NCBI GenBank assembly: GCA_022813965.1
Contig: JALDZS010000003.1
Coordinates: forward strand, 186,001 to 250,000
Origin: Toensbergia leucococca
Lineage: Eukaryota
Direction of reading: 5' to 3'
DNA: 64,000 nt
Part shown: positions 22,393 to 34,764 of the stretch, piece by piece
Numbering within the stretch: position 1 is the first letter of the stretch
Layout of the letters: every line of letters starts with the position of its first letter
Notes under the pieces: generated by a model
What the model was told of the DNA's origin: nothing
Database searches by the model: none
Seen by the model: the letters and a program-made list of their open reading frames with translations, nothing else
Position numbers and translations under genes: made by a program

Positions 22393-23652
22393 CTACACAA
22401 TCACCTCCCCCCCATCCACCAGCACCGGCTTCCACGGCTTCTTCCCTTCCCCTTCAACATCACTCGGTACCTTCACCTCAAGCGGCGTATACAAATACCA
22501 CCCCTTCAACGCCGCAACACTAGCCCTAATCCTCGCCTCATCCAAACTCGCCCCCGTCCCCTCCCCAAGCTTATCCTTCCCGCTAAACACCCCCACCACA
22601 AAAACCGGATGCCGCGTCAACCTCCCCGTCTCACTCAGTATCCGCGCGATGGGGCTTTTGAAGCCCTCCCGCGCACACAGTTTGCTCAGGTCGCGTGTCG
22701 GCTGGCGAAACTCGAAGATCTTGGATACGTCCAGGTGCCGGCTCATGATGTGTTCGGAAAAGAAGAACTTGGCGGCGCGGCGGCCGCCGTGGAGGTAGAC
22801 GGCGCCCATGACGGCGCGCACGAAGCGGGTGCTGGCGTCTTCGAGCGTGACGGGTTTTGCGGCATTCCGCAGACTGTCTTCGTTTTTGAGATTGGGCCGC
22901 TCGTCGTAGTCGGCTTTTGTTCTTCGGGTGTCAGTTTCGGAGCCGAAGTAGGCGACGTCGAGCATGGTTTTGCTGCTCATGCCCCTTTTCCAGCCCCTTC
23001 CTTCTCTTGGGTTGGGAAACTTTCCGATCTCTTTCACCTCTAGCCCTGTGCCGTCTACCTCTGCGTTGCCGGCGTCCATCCGTTTGCACTGTAGATATCC
23101 CATGTCTACTTCGCCACCTGGCTCAGCTGCGACCTCAACGCCCCACTCTCTCGTCACTGCAGCCAGAGCTTTGGGGCCACAGTATGCGGCCATGGCGGCG
23201 AAGAGGACCGCCGTAGGGAGGCGGGGGTATCGACAGATGATGGCTTCGGAAGTGTAGTAACCAAGGAGGTCGTTGCCAAGGATGGAGAGGGAGCCATTAT
23301 TGAAGGAGGGATGGGGATCGGCGGATGGATCTATTAGACAGCGAGCTAGAGTCTCGACTGGGAGACGGGGCGGGAGGACGAGGCGTGCGTGTAGAGCGGA
23401 GAGTTTCGCTGACGAGGAGGCGTGAGATGGCGGTGCGGAGGGGAGAGAGCGGAGGTCGAGCTCTTCAAGTTGTGGAGAAGGGTCATCGGGAAGGGTCTGT
23501 GGAAGCAAAGAGGTGGCAGTGGACTGGCGGCGTAGATTGAGAGCGAGTTGATGGTGGAGATAGCTTGGCCTTGTTTGGGGGGAGAGGAATGCGCCACTCC
23601 ATCGTTGAAGATGTAAATTTTTCATCGATATGCCTCGAGACCGACCAATCAT
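22393..23652 (-). CDS. MRPL3: Mitochondrial large ribosomal subunit protein mL44 (RNase III-like plus dsRBD)
   Basis: SAKLSALHARL, YPRLP, QPTRDLSKLCAREG, ETGR..RHPVFVVGVFSG..KLGEG.GASL and D.GEVIV terminus. Confidence 0.92.
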   Translation of the reverse strand: MIGRSRGISMKNLHLQRWSGAFLSPQTRPSYLHHQLALNLRRQSTATSLLPQTLPDDPSPQLEELDLRSLPSAPPSHASSSAKLSALHARLVLPPRLPVETLARCLIDPSADPHPSFNNGSLSILGNDLLGYYTSEAIICRYPRLPTAVLFAAMAAYCGPKALAAVTREWGVEVAAEPGGEVDMGYLQCKRMDAGNAEVDGTGLEVKEIGKFPNPREGRGWKRGMSSKTMLDVAYFGSETDTRRTKADYDERPNLKNEDSLRNAAKPVTLEDASTRFVRAVMGAVYLHGGRRAAKFFFSEHIMSRHLDVSKIFEFRQPTRDLSKLCAREGFKSPIARILSETGRLTRHPVFVVGVFSGKDKLGEGTGASLDEARIRASVAALKGWYLYTPLEVKVPSDVEGEGKKPWKPVLVDGGEVIV

Positions 23653-23856
23653 CCCGCTCTCGCCCTTACTAATGCGACTGTCAATTGAGGCTGAGATGGG
23701 TTGGAAATGCGTATGTAGATATCCAGAAATATATTAGCTTCAAGTCGTGTCGTGTGAGTGCATCTAATGCACTATTACATAAGTGTAGGGCTGAGGGGCT
23801 TGCATGTTCAACCTCACCTCCGCAACCCGAATTCTTCATCCACTCCAGGCGGTACG

Positions 23857-24290
23857 ATGGAGGGCGATCATTCAATCAAGGACGTGCAATCGAAAGGTGC
23901 AGCAATTTCGCAATCCAGCGGAGGAAAAATACCGTGAGCGTCTCCCACACCCGCAATGGATCTTGAGCATTATTACAACTGCTGATATCTACCCAGGTAC
24001 CCGAAGCATGTTTGGTCCCCTGCAGGAGGATGGTATTCACAGCCAGCGAACTGGAAGGCAAATACGGCAGTGATGATGGGAGTGATATTTGGTATCACTG
24101 CGTTGGCATGGAGTATTAGTGCCGAGCGAGAAACGCGGACAAGATTTCCTGAGAAGGGCAGATTCTTTCCGAGTCGACAGTGAGTGGGACTCGAGTGTAT
24201 TCACGATGCTGCTGCTGATGATTACTGCATTACAGTTGGAGCAAGCAGATCATAGAGCACGAACGGGCGGAGAAAGAACGACAACAATAG
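23857..24290 (+). CDS. Small complex I accessory subunit, NUUM-like (exons 23857-23933, 23997-24179, 24236-24290); absent from the ORF track
   Basis: Spliced: ..GGKIPYPKHVWSPAGGWYSQPANWKANTAVMMGVIFGITALAWSISAERE..FFPSRHWSKQIIEHE..*; one TM helix; canonical introns. Confidence 0.85.
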
Positions 24291-24610
24291 AAACACTTCA
24301 TTAAATGGTTCCTAATATCATGTTCTGTGCCATGCTTGAGATTCTGCATGTATAGGTCTCGCTACGAGCACCAAATGAACAGCAATTGATCGAGTACACG
24401 CCCCCTCACACTGCTAGGCCATCACAAAGCCTCTCGACAAGTCTGCTTAAACGATCAAGACTGCAGCTCAACACCCTAACAACCCAGGTCCTTTGTTGAC
24501 TTACTTTATACTATGGGCGATTCGACCGATAGTAGATAAGTTTTAATGATGCAGTGATACTCTTTTAGTACAGGATACTTGAACTGACCTGAGAAGTCAC
24601 GACATATAAT

Positions 24611-25766
24611 TTAGGTGGTCACCTCGTCGGTGCTGACATTGTGCTTACTATGTTCCAGCCTTTCTTCGTAGGCGTGAAGGCGGTAGCTGACAGTTTCACC
24701 ATTCCACAAATCCTCCTTGTCCTTATTTCCACCACTCAATTTTGGCATGCCTGCTTGTTCAATTGCGAAACTTGCCGCCACTAACCCGTAAATTGCAGCC
24801 GCTTCAAAACTTGTCAAATCAGGCGAACGTGGCACAGTCAGCAATCCTATACAATAACCTCCAAGGTATGTATTGCCGCCCCCTGTTGGATCCACAACTC
24901 TGTCTGTCCACGTTTCCCGTTCGGCGGGTTGTAACTCGTTTGGACGTCGGTGGTATGCTGGAAATAAAGCATGGCGGGTGTGCTGCGCGACGTAGCAGCC
25001 AAGCTCCCCAAGCCGAACAACGACAGCGCAGGGCTTTGGGCCAAAGCCACTGTCTAACAATTCTTTACATTGCTCCTTGAAGATGTACGAGTCACTGACA
25101 TTGCTAGGATCGTGGGTCACGCCAAATAAAGCACCTAGTTCACTCAGGTTGGGACTCATTACATCGACATATTTGAGAGCTTGAAGGGCGTTTGATAATT
25201 CACTCTGAACGCATAGGTCTGGCACGGGCTCCCAAACGAAGATTGGAGGTTTCAGAGAAGTCTCCTTGGGCCTGATAGCTTCACGCGCACCCAGGATACC
25301 CTTCACAAGATCGATGCAACGGAGTGGAGAGCATATGAGGTGAAAGGTCTTGGCCAGCAGGTGCTTTTTGGGAAGCATAGTATGGTCGATACGCATTTTA
25401 GGGGAGAGGTATTCGAAGTCTACATTTGTTAGATCAAATCAATAGGATTATTCGAGACATACCTCGGTGGTCGTTCTCCCTGTATACGTTTAAGCCTCGA
25501 CTGGTCTGACGTTCAGGAGTCTCGATAATCTCACACCCGGTTTGCCAGGAGTCTATCTCTTGTCGAAGCTCGCTTGGAAAGTCAGAACCTGCGTGGACCA
25601 CCCAGCCGACCAAGGAGCTCGCCGATGATGGCTTTGGCGGGCGAAACAGCCTAGCTCCTAGAGCAGCATACGATCCGGCACCTCCCATGATTCCAATCAC
25701 CGGTAGTTGAGGTGGCCGGAAGAAGATGTCATCGAGGATAAACATACCCATAGTGCAAAAGTCCAT
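24611..25766 (-). CDS. MAK32: MAK32-like PfkB/ribokinase-family protein (intron 25420-25462)
   Basis: MDFCTMGMFILDDI, GGAGSYAALGAR, FVWEP.P and VVDPTGGGNTYLGG. Confidence 0.9.
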
Positions 25767-27169
25767 TGTATTGTAGTAACCAGTGATGGCTAACAGCTCT
25801 CGATGACTTGTATCTCAAGAACGAGCCACCAAAAAATACTGCGTAGGAGAAAAAGGGCTTGCTTGAATGTTGAAAGGTGAGGACTGAGACGTTCGGCTAT
25901 CTCATCCTGATATCTGTTTTCCTGCTCTTCGCGGCTTCTCAAAAGGCGTACTTTTTACTTTTGACAAGATTTCCTGATTAGCAATTACGGTCATCGCAGG
26001 GACATATCTAGAAGAAGCGCGGATACTTCTTCGAAGACTAAGGTAGGTAAGACTGCTCATGTTCTGATCGAGCGATGATTGACAAGAATACTTTACGAAT
26101 TTTACCAGAATCGAGCTCTGTAGTACGGTATTGTAAACTCAGCAACATGCGCCGTTTTCTTTCCTGCCTCCTCCCGAATTCACATACCAGATTGTTGGAG
26201 CTCATAATTTGATATCATGAAACTGCTGCTTCATCTTGTGCTGAGAAAGATGTATTATCTGATAGGATGCATACTTCCAAGGTTCTTATTGTCTTGATCA
26301 ATGATCTCAATCCATGCCTCTACCCTTCACCTAAGGTCGACTAAGGAAGAAGAAAGAAGATCTCACTAGAAATAGAGTGAGCTATTGCTCTTGGACCATG
26401 CAAAGTACTGTACTGAAGATATGAGGTCTTCTTCCCATGCCGAGTCGTTGTTATCTCATTGAAATTATCTTATGACACCACAATTGAGCAGTCTAATTTT
26501 TTAGGCACAACAATTGTTGGATCTAGAGCACCTTGATGATACTTTGCAGCTTTCTTTTAAAAAAAAACCAATTTGGAGAGTTTCTATCTTTTATTCACGC
26601 ATTGCAGATGTAGTTGGTCAATTCAATAGCATTTGGCCCTTTTCGCACATTATTTTTTTAAATGGAGCAACATGAATGCATTTCGTTTTGTTTCATACTC
26701 AATCATCTTTGTAGATGCTCAAACGCAATAGAGGGTAAGAACTTTGTCTCGTTCAAGGTGACTTGTTTTTATTACAGCAATGCTAAGACTGTCTCAAGAG
26801 CGTTCTAGAACTTGACTGAATCATTATTTGTTGCTGGTCTAGCTATTTGAAACTGCACGCTCTATGGAATGGTCAAAGAGATCTCAATATAAATTGCAAG
26901 ATGCTGTCAGCAAACAACATATATCATTTGTAAAAGTCCCCTCAGACACAATCTGTTAGACATATCTTGCTTTTCTTCAATTTTGTTTGCGTTCTCCCTG
27001 CTTTCAGCAAAGGCATTTAATCTTTTTAATATTCCCTTGAAGGTTCACTCAGGACGACCCTAGTATTGTGGCTTCACCAGCTCCTACGCCCGGCCTACCA
27101 GCCAATAGCCCCCTCGTCCAAAGCTAGGGTTTTAAAAACCGCACAATTTAGCAATCTAGGATTTCTGGT

Positions 27170-27961
27170 ATGATAGAGTACGGTTATGTCTGTGTGCATA
27201 AAGGATTGGCCAATTGTTGGTATTTTGATGGCGAGCCAAATTTTGGGCATCGGAGCTACGAACCTTCGGATATTTTACGATGGACAATTTCTCAATGGAC
27301 CAACCCGGAAAAGCAATCGCCTAAGCTAAAAAAGAATCGAGAAGAAGCTCTGACAAGATGGAGGCAGCTAAGAGACGATTTTGGCGCCAAATTCCCACCC
27401 GAGAATGAGCTGAAACGAGTCAAGGAGTTTGCAGATATTTTCAATAAGTACTTCTTCTTCGACGTTCTGGGCAAATATTCAGTTCTCGTTGAATTGAGCA
27501 AAGAACAACACAAAGAAATGATGATGTTTTTGTATGGATCGGCAGACTCCACGGGGAAAATCCTCGGCGGAGTGACAATTCCGATGCGGTCAAGAGAAGG
27601 CTCTTTTGCTAGGATCCAAATAAACATGCAGCGGGGATTTGAGGACCAGGCAACTCGCTTCAAGATCATCCTCAGCGTACTCCTTCATGAGCAGCTCCAT
27701 GCTTTTATTTACATGCTTCACTGCCCTTCTATTCGCTGCGCTCGCGAAGCCATCGGTATCAGAAAGGGGGAGAGATTTCCTGGGCATGGCTGGCTGTGGT
27801 CGACACTGGCGCAACAGCTTCAATATATCTGCGAAGCCGAGCTCGACATCTTCTTGTGTCTTCATCTCGATAGCAACGTTACCCTTTCCGACCGAGAGGT
27901 ACTGGAGAGAGATGATGTCAAAGAGATGCTAAGGGAAGTCCTGGGAAGTACCAACTACTAA
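27170..27961 (+). CDS. SprT-like HExxH metalloprotease-domain protein
   Basis: FNKYFF..L, LLHEQLHAF and downstream GHG..W pattern typical of SprT-like domains; intronless 263-aa ORF. Confidence 0.65.
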   Translation: MIEYGYVCVHKGLANCWYFDGEPNFGHRSYEPSDILRWTISQWTNPEKQSPKLKKNREEALTRWRQLRDDFGAKFPPENELKRVKEFADIFNKYFFFDVLGKYSVLVELSKEQHKEMMMFLYGSADSTGKILGGVTIPMRSREGSFARIQINMQRGFEDQATRFKIILSVLLHEQLHAFIYMLHCPSIRCAREAIGIRKGERFPGHGWLWSTLAQQLQYICEAELDIFLCLHLDSNVTLSDREVLERDDVKEMLREVLGSTNY

Positions 27962-28940
27962 GCCAACCCCCTTTGGGCTTTCACATCCATAGCTACCGCC
28001 TGCTTCTCCAGATGGCGTCTGAAGTCAGATGTCACAACAGCTTTCGACGAAGGCACCTAAGGCGTCACCGAACACAGGAAAAAGTTGACGGTTTCCTACT
28101 CTACTGCAACCCCTTATTTTCAAATTTCTTCCTCTAGCCTTTCCTAATCTTGTTTTGCTGCCCGATGATGAAAAGTACGACTGCTTTTCTAGCTCTTAGT
28201 TACACTGTATCACACGTCTTTGAAAGCAGATCTAGCGCCCCGTTTTAAATCATACCATTTCTCTACAAGCGTAGTTCTATTCATCTCCTGCATTAAATAT
28301 TTCGCCCATGTAATAAAAGCTATTATAATCTCACAGCCGCTCTTTCCCAGCACCCATCTATCTCATCTCCCTCCCCTTCCATCTTCCTTGCCACTCCCTG
28401 ACATTCCCCTACCTTCACCCGAAAGAATTCTCCCTACCCACCCAAAGAAAAAAGCATCTCACCAAACCCTCACAGCACGATATATAAACTGGAGCATTTC
28501 CGGATTCCTCTCTGACGAGAAAAAACAGCCTGTTGATCTGAGGAAGGGTTTGTTGCACAAAAAATGTTGTTGACAACTCGCACGTTCGGCATTTGCTTCT
28601 GGCTGACGTTTCTCGCTTGGTATTTGAGCTGATAGAGAGACAGGTTTGTACGTTGGATCGAGCTTGTGGGGAGTACTGACTGACCTCGAAACTCGGGGAA
28701 CGTAATGTATAGAACATGTAAGAAGTACAGGATTAGGGAGGTTAGAATACATGCACCTCCTCCCGATACCTAGCATTCAAGTGAGAAAACCCTCTCGTTG
28801 GTGAGCTTTTCAATTGAGCTGTTCGGTATCCGTTGAAGCTCTTATAATGTGCAACTTTAGTATAATAGCGCATAGCCGTGTAACTCACTTTTGAAGAAAA
28901 GGCGTCCTGCGTATGAATGTTTGCATAGAATGTGCAGCAA

Positions 28941-30000
28941 CTATGGGGTTCCAACTCCTTGACTCCCATCGATGCTCTTGTCAACCGCGCCTTTGGGCGG
29001 TCGCCCGAAATATCTCCTGAACACGTCAATGAGCAGTTTATTGCTCAAGGTCATATGGCTTCCCTCTGTGCTGCGGAACTCTAAACGATGTTCCTCATCC
29101 AGCCACCTCAACCCAATCCAATCTTCTAAATATATCTTCCTATCTTGCAATTTGGTAAATTCCCCTGTGGTAGCGTTGACCTCGGTAAACCACCCGCTTT
29201 CCTTGGGAACTACAGTCGTGTCATCCTCGAAAATATACATCACAAACCGGTCAAGGCTTTTCATATTCGCCTTATACTTGCTATTCTTTACCTCTCTCTC
29301 ATTGTTCATATCGGCTAGAAAGTTACTGTTTTCGAGGTAGCTGTCTAAATCTCCCGGATCTCGGAAATACTGCGCAGGTATAAGCCGACTTTGTACAGAC
29401 TCGCTCCAGGTATTTCCCCTCAACAAAGCGTCCCAACCGCGGCATAGCCAGTCGCCAGACGCGCAATCCTGGAATTGGCTGATGCCATTGTGTTGACTTC
29501 CGAATGTTACCAAGTTTGCGACCCGTGGATTGTTACACCGCTCAATATACGCCCGCAAGAATTGCCCTCCTTGTGAGAAGCCCAAGGCATTGATGGCAGG
29601 AGCTTTAGAAAGGACCGGATGAGATGCTAGATCAGCGCAGACTTTATCGATCTGTAATGTCAAGTTTCCCAGGAACGATGCGGTACGATCTGATGAGGCA
29701 TCGTCTCCTAGACGGATGAAATAGGTGAATGTGCCGGGATTTGTTGTGTTTGCAAGGACACCAACGGAGCGAAGACCCTCAGCTTTGTAACTTCTAGAAG
29801 TCAGTATTGGCATATACTGAAGAGGAACAGGGCAGACCTCACTTATCTCCTAGCCCGTGCCAGACGACAAGAGGCAAGGGCTTCGGTATGTGGGACAGTA
29901 CCTCCGGTGGCGCAAGAGGTTTCTGAGGAAGTAGTGAAGCTGTACATATTTGCCCCAGAATCCAAAGAGATCCAAAGACTAGAAGTGCTTTTGCCATCAT
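28941..30000 (-). CDS. PPT1: Palmitoyl-protein thioesterase (signal peptide; intron about 29791/29794-29842)
   Basis: PLPLVVWHGLGD, GFSQGGQFLR, FGSQHNG, AQYFRDP and DTTVVPKESGWF. Confidence 0.92.
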
Positions 30001-30268
30001 TGCAATTCAAACACGGAGTAGTGACAAGGTTGATGGTAAAGCTTGACCGAAAGACCCAGGCTCGAGGTACTCAATTCAAGCTTGGCACGACTACTCCGTA
30101 CTCCGTAAGGTACCTCGGTACTTACCTTAGCGAGCTAGCTTACGGATAGAATAGATTATGGTAATCCCTGCGCCGATCAAGCCCGAGTAAAATACTCCGA
30201 CTCCGAATCCGGTTACGATTTAAGAAGAGAAACCGTGAAATTGAAGATTTATTTTAAGAAAAACCCAA

Positions 30269-31675
30269 ATGGCTCCCTTGCAGCAAGTTGATGCCCTCGA
30301 GAATAGCCAGTATGGCCCTCATCCATCTGTCATACAACTTGCAAAACCATATATCTTCGAACAGAACCTGCAGGAATGTCTAGCCGCAACCAAGGTCACC
30401 GAAACCAAGGAGGATAACATCCGATTACAAGGTGTAACATGGATTGACAGTACGAGAAAGGCAATGCTCCTGTGAGATTTTCACTTTGAAAACTTGATAT
30501 GCACATAGCTAATTTTTAAAAGGCCTGTAAGGACCTACAATACCGCTGTTGTGTACTATCACAGGTTCCGACTGGCTCATGCTGATCTTGAATACGGATT
30601 CATTGTATGTAAAATCGATACTCTGCTAGGTTACTGGCTTGCTAGCTTGCTAATCGTAGTAGGATGCTGCAGCTTCAGCCCTTTTCACCGCCTGCAAGAT
30701 TGAGGACACCTTGAAGAAGTCGAAAGACATCCTGTGCACTGCGCACAATCTAAAGCTCACACCGGCAGAGCAAGTCAGCTCGGATGATCCGGTACGTGTA
30801 TCTAATATTTTTCAACATCAAGTGGGACTCAATTCGCCTCCAGATTTTTGAGGGTCCTTCGAGGATTATCGCCGGAACAGAGCGTCTGATGCTTGAGGCT
30901 TCAGGCTTTGATTTCCGTAATCGCTACCCACAGAAACTCTTGCTGAAACTAGCAAAGCACTATCATGTGGACAGAGAGACTGTAGGGAAAACTGCCTATA
31001 ATATGTTACTTGACCTTTACCGTACTTTTGCACCGCTCAAGCAGACAACCCCTACTATGGCAATCGCTTGTGTTGAGCTTTCAGGTCGGATGTTCGATAA
31101 AGGTATCCCAGAACTTGAAGGCGGAAAAGGATACAAGAAGTGGAGGATTACTCGTCTAGAAGTTATGGGTTTGTGCCTCACTCCCCTTGTCCTGCTCTAC
31201 CCAAGGCTGAGCTAATTGGGCTCTAGAAACATTACTTGATCTCCTAGATCTCTACACTCACCATCGTGCCTCCACAATCGTCGGGCAAGAGCATCCCTTA
31301 GAAGCCTTTATCAGCATCCGCATCGCCCTAAACCAAGAAGCATCCGCTAACAAATACCCACGTTACACCGGCAACGCCAAGAAAAACCCCACGACAAATG
31401 GAGTCAAAACTACCAACGGCATCAAAGACCCAAAGGGCAAGAAGCCCCTCACAAGCCCTCGAGAGGACATCCTCAAAGGAAGCATGTCCCCCATCACGGC
31501 CGCCTCAACTCCCACCACCTCCGCCCAAGCCAGACCAGAGGCAAAAGACACCACTATACGCTTCATGCTTGATCTCGATCGCGCCAGAGACGAGAAGGCC
31601 ATCGTCGCAGAATTCTTCAAACTTGAAGAGGAGGAATACGAGATTGAAGTTGAGCGGGAAAGGCGAAGAGTCTGA
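30269..31675 (+). CDS. CTK2: Cyclin-like CTD kinase I beta subunit, 5 exons
   Basis: IRLQGVTWID, LFTACKIEDTLKKSKDI, ERLMLEASGFDFR, DLYRTFAPLKQ and LLDLLDLYTHHR across GT-AG introns. Confidence 0.85.
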
Positions 31676-32642
31676 GATTCCTCCAGAGCCTGACCCAAAA
31701 GTGGCGTGATGTAGTTTAACCAATACACTCCTGCACAGTGCCTTGCAAGCCGATAAGTTCATTTGGGAGGAAGTATGGCGACGCCGAGATGATACATCCT
31801 GGTAGGGAGACTGGGAGGCGTAGAAGAATGAAAACAAAAAAGAAAAAGACCTCGTCGGGCCGATGCGGATGAGAAGATGCCTGGTAAGTTGGCCTTGACC
31901 TAGACGGTGTAGACTCCTTGCTTCCGAGACTCAAAGGACGTTGAGTACAAGATGAATCGCTGGAACCCTTCCTCTAACAAACTGAGTACAGATACCAGAT
32001 TGAGTGGATATCTCGACACAATCGATTGGGGCATGGGGGATCATGGCAGCAAGCCTCGAACCATGTCCGGATTGCCTATCTACGCATTCAATATACCTAT
32101 TCCCCGATTTTAGTTTCAGGAAGCTCGACCACCATCTCGATCTACGCCACTTTGGACATGTGCGACGATTGAGCTGGGCGATGTCCCGTTGAAGGCTTTG
32201 GACCACCTGTATCCCGTCCAGAAGATGAAGGGCTTCATCTCATGACTGGCGCCAATAAAGCACCAAAGCTTAGAAATGGTAATTCTTTGCTGTAGGTGGT
32301 GAAGAAATTCAAAGGTCATCAATGCTGAGATCTCTATTTACTTCCATCTATCATGTACGCTTTCATTACCGCGAACACGGAGCAAATCCCAGCATGCCAG
32401 TCTTACATACCTTGCACCAGAACAATTTCACACAAACCAACACTAGAATTTCTTTTCCAGCCACCAAACCAAAGATGCAGTGAAACCTGATATCTTCATA
32501 GACATCATGATTGGGTGAAAAAGGGGGGTATTAACACCAGAGTCCTGCCTCCGGAAGGAAAAAAACATAATATATGCCAAAGATGAGAAGAATATTACAC
32601 ATCAAAACACCCCCCAACTCCACAGCGACCGCCACCACCCCC

Positions 32643-34300
32643 TCACCGTCTCATATGCTCTTTCAAACAAGCCAGTACCTCCACCCCCACAACGCCCTGG
32701 TTAACCAAGTGCTTCCCCAACCCCTTCACCACCTCCACCATCTCTTCGTCCGTCAACCCCCTCATCGCCGTCTCCATCACACTGCCCACGCTAGCCTTGT
32801 ACACGGCGATGAAACTCTGATAGTACATGAACGCAAAAAAGCCCATGATGAACTGGCAATCCATGCGGTCGGTGATGCCGCCGTGGCCGGGGATGGATTC
32901 GCCAAAGTCTTTGACGTTGAAGGTGCGCTTAAGGCCCGAGGCGAAGAAGCCACCAAAGGGGGCGATGAGGGAGGCAAAGGTTGCGAATACGAGGATGTGG
33001 AACTGGATGGGCGCTATGTGTAGGGTGTGCGGGATGTGGGTCCAGGAGGGGATCCAGGTGGGAAGGTTGTAAGGGTGCGGGATGAAGACTGGGTTTGGGA
33101 TGCAAGAGAGGCCGCTGATGATGTTGGCGCCGAAGTCCTGGGCTGGGGTTAGTTTGGTGGGCGAGGTTGCATACTTTGAGAAAGTGTGGGAGACGAGGAG
33201 GAAGGACTTAAGGGAGCGTCTAGTGACTGCTTGAAAGGGGTTGCTTACGTTGACAGGACAGATGAAGTATTTGTAACGCGCGAGAACGTTAACGAGGATG
33301 AAGCCAAAGAAGATAGTGGCAATCCATGCGCCGACGAAACCTTCGACGGTCTTTTTGGGAGAGAGTTTGATGAGTTGAGTGCGACCGAAGGCGATGCCGC
33401 AGATGTAAGCCCAAATGTCGTTTGTGATGACGAGGCAGGCAGGCATGAAGAACCAGATCATGCCTTCAAAGATGTTGTTCATAATGAAATGTGCTTGGAC
33501 GACAATCAGGTAGAGGGCCATGTGTGTCCAGGCGAATTGGGTGAACTGGAAGCGATAATGGCCTTTTTGGAGAGAGGCGACGAAGAAGACGAAGCCTAGT
33601 AAGTTGGATTAGGTTAGCTTCGGCTTCGATCTTTGTATTTCCACACGTTCGTTGGAATACCATCCACTGGAGAGACAGACCTATGACATATAACATAAAG
33701 CTGATGAAGCGATGATGTGTTGCGAATGGCAACAGGACCTTGTCAACCAGCACGATATGCTTGAAATAGTAGATCACATTCTCGCCGTACAAAAAGTACA
33801 TTGTAGTTCCTAGGAAATACCAATTCAAGGCCCTTGTGAATGGCAGATTCTTCTCGCGACTGGGGACATTCGCAATAGCTATGACTTCCTTGAAAGAAAC
33901 AATCTGGATAGCGGTGACTATAGCTATAACATAAATGTGGCCCGAGAACATGGCAGCAAAAAACCCGGCGATCATGATCAGCGTTGTTATGGTTCGAGTA
34001 ATAAAAGTCTGCCGTTTCTTCTCATATTCTGATGGTGGAGGAGCTTTCATCTAATGCGTCGAGGTATCAGCTTCTATTATTCATGCAGTCTCGCATTTAA
34101 GTCTAACAAGATCTTTCTCAAATCCCGAGACGCTGAAGGAAACGTACCTTTCCATTGCCCACATCAGCCTTTCCATTTGCCCTCGTTCTCGTGGGACTAC
34201 CTGACTCGGAAGATCCCTCACTGATATCTGATATGCTTGGTCTTTTCCCGTCTATACTTCCTCTATGCTGGAACTTGACGTTCCGTCGGGTCTTGGCCAT
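32643..34300 (-). CDS. CDS1: Phosphatidate cytidylyltransferase (CDP-DAG synthase), 4 exons
   Basis: LSPKKTVEGF, GGFFASGLKR and KDFG.SIPGHGGITDRMDCQ signature. Confidence 0.95.
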
Positions 34301-34764
34301 TGTGTTCGCTTGCGATGGCGACGGGCCAGCTGTCTCAAGGTTTTTACGACCTCAAATCAGGCTATATCCATTTACAGCGCCGTGGATTGTCCAGAATTGG
34401 GTGCGTTAGTAGAGAATTTGTTTGCTCAGAAGGTGGAACCTTAGTTGGACATCTCTTGGGTGGATGTTATTAAGGCGTGTCCTGATCTTATTGAATGTAG
34501 GTGAATGCACAGTGTGAAAAGAGTCAAATGTTAGAGTGGATAAGAACTTTGACCTTGGTCAGGCAGCACTGTCATTGTGGATGGTGGTGGTGGTGGATGT
34601 CGGAGGGAACAATCTTGAACCGGGCTCCGGGGTCCAGGTTAAGCCGAGAGCCCCCGCTAGGGCACTATAATAGCCGGATGACATGTGAACCTATCAAAAA
34701 CCTCCCTCCCTTCTCATCTGACAATCAACAACGCCGGCTTGGATGAAGGTGTACGACGAATGGC

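Noticed and set aside
22112..23597. Long antisense or alternate-frame ORFs over MRPL3 (also over TEP1, CDS1, EXO70 and the deiminase)
   Set aside because: Shadow ORFs of real genes caused by codon bias.
31716..32322. Short ORFs between CTK2 and CDS1
   Set aside because: No recognisable motif or consistent splice model; probably convergent 3' UTR or intergenic DNA.
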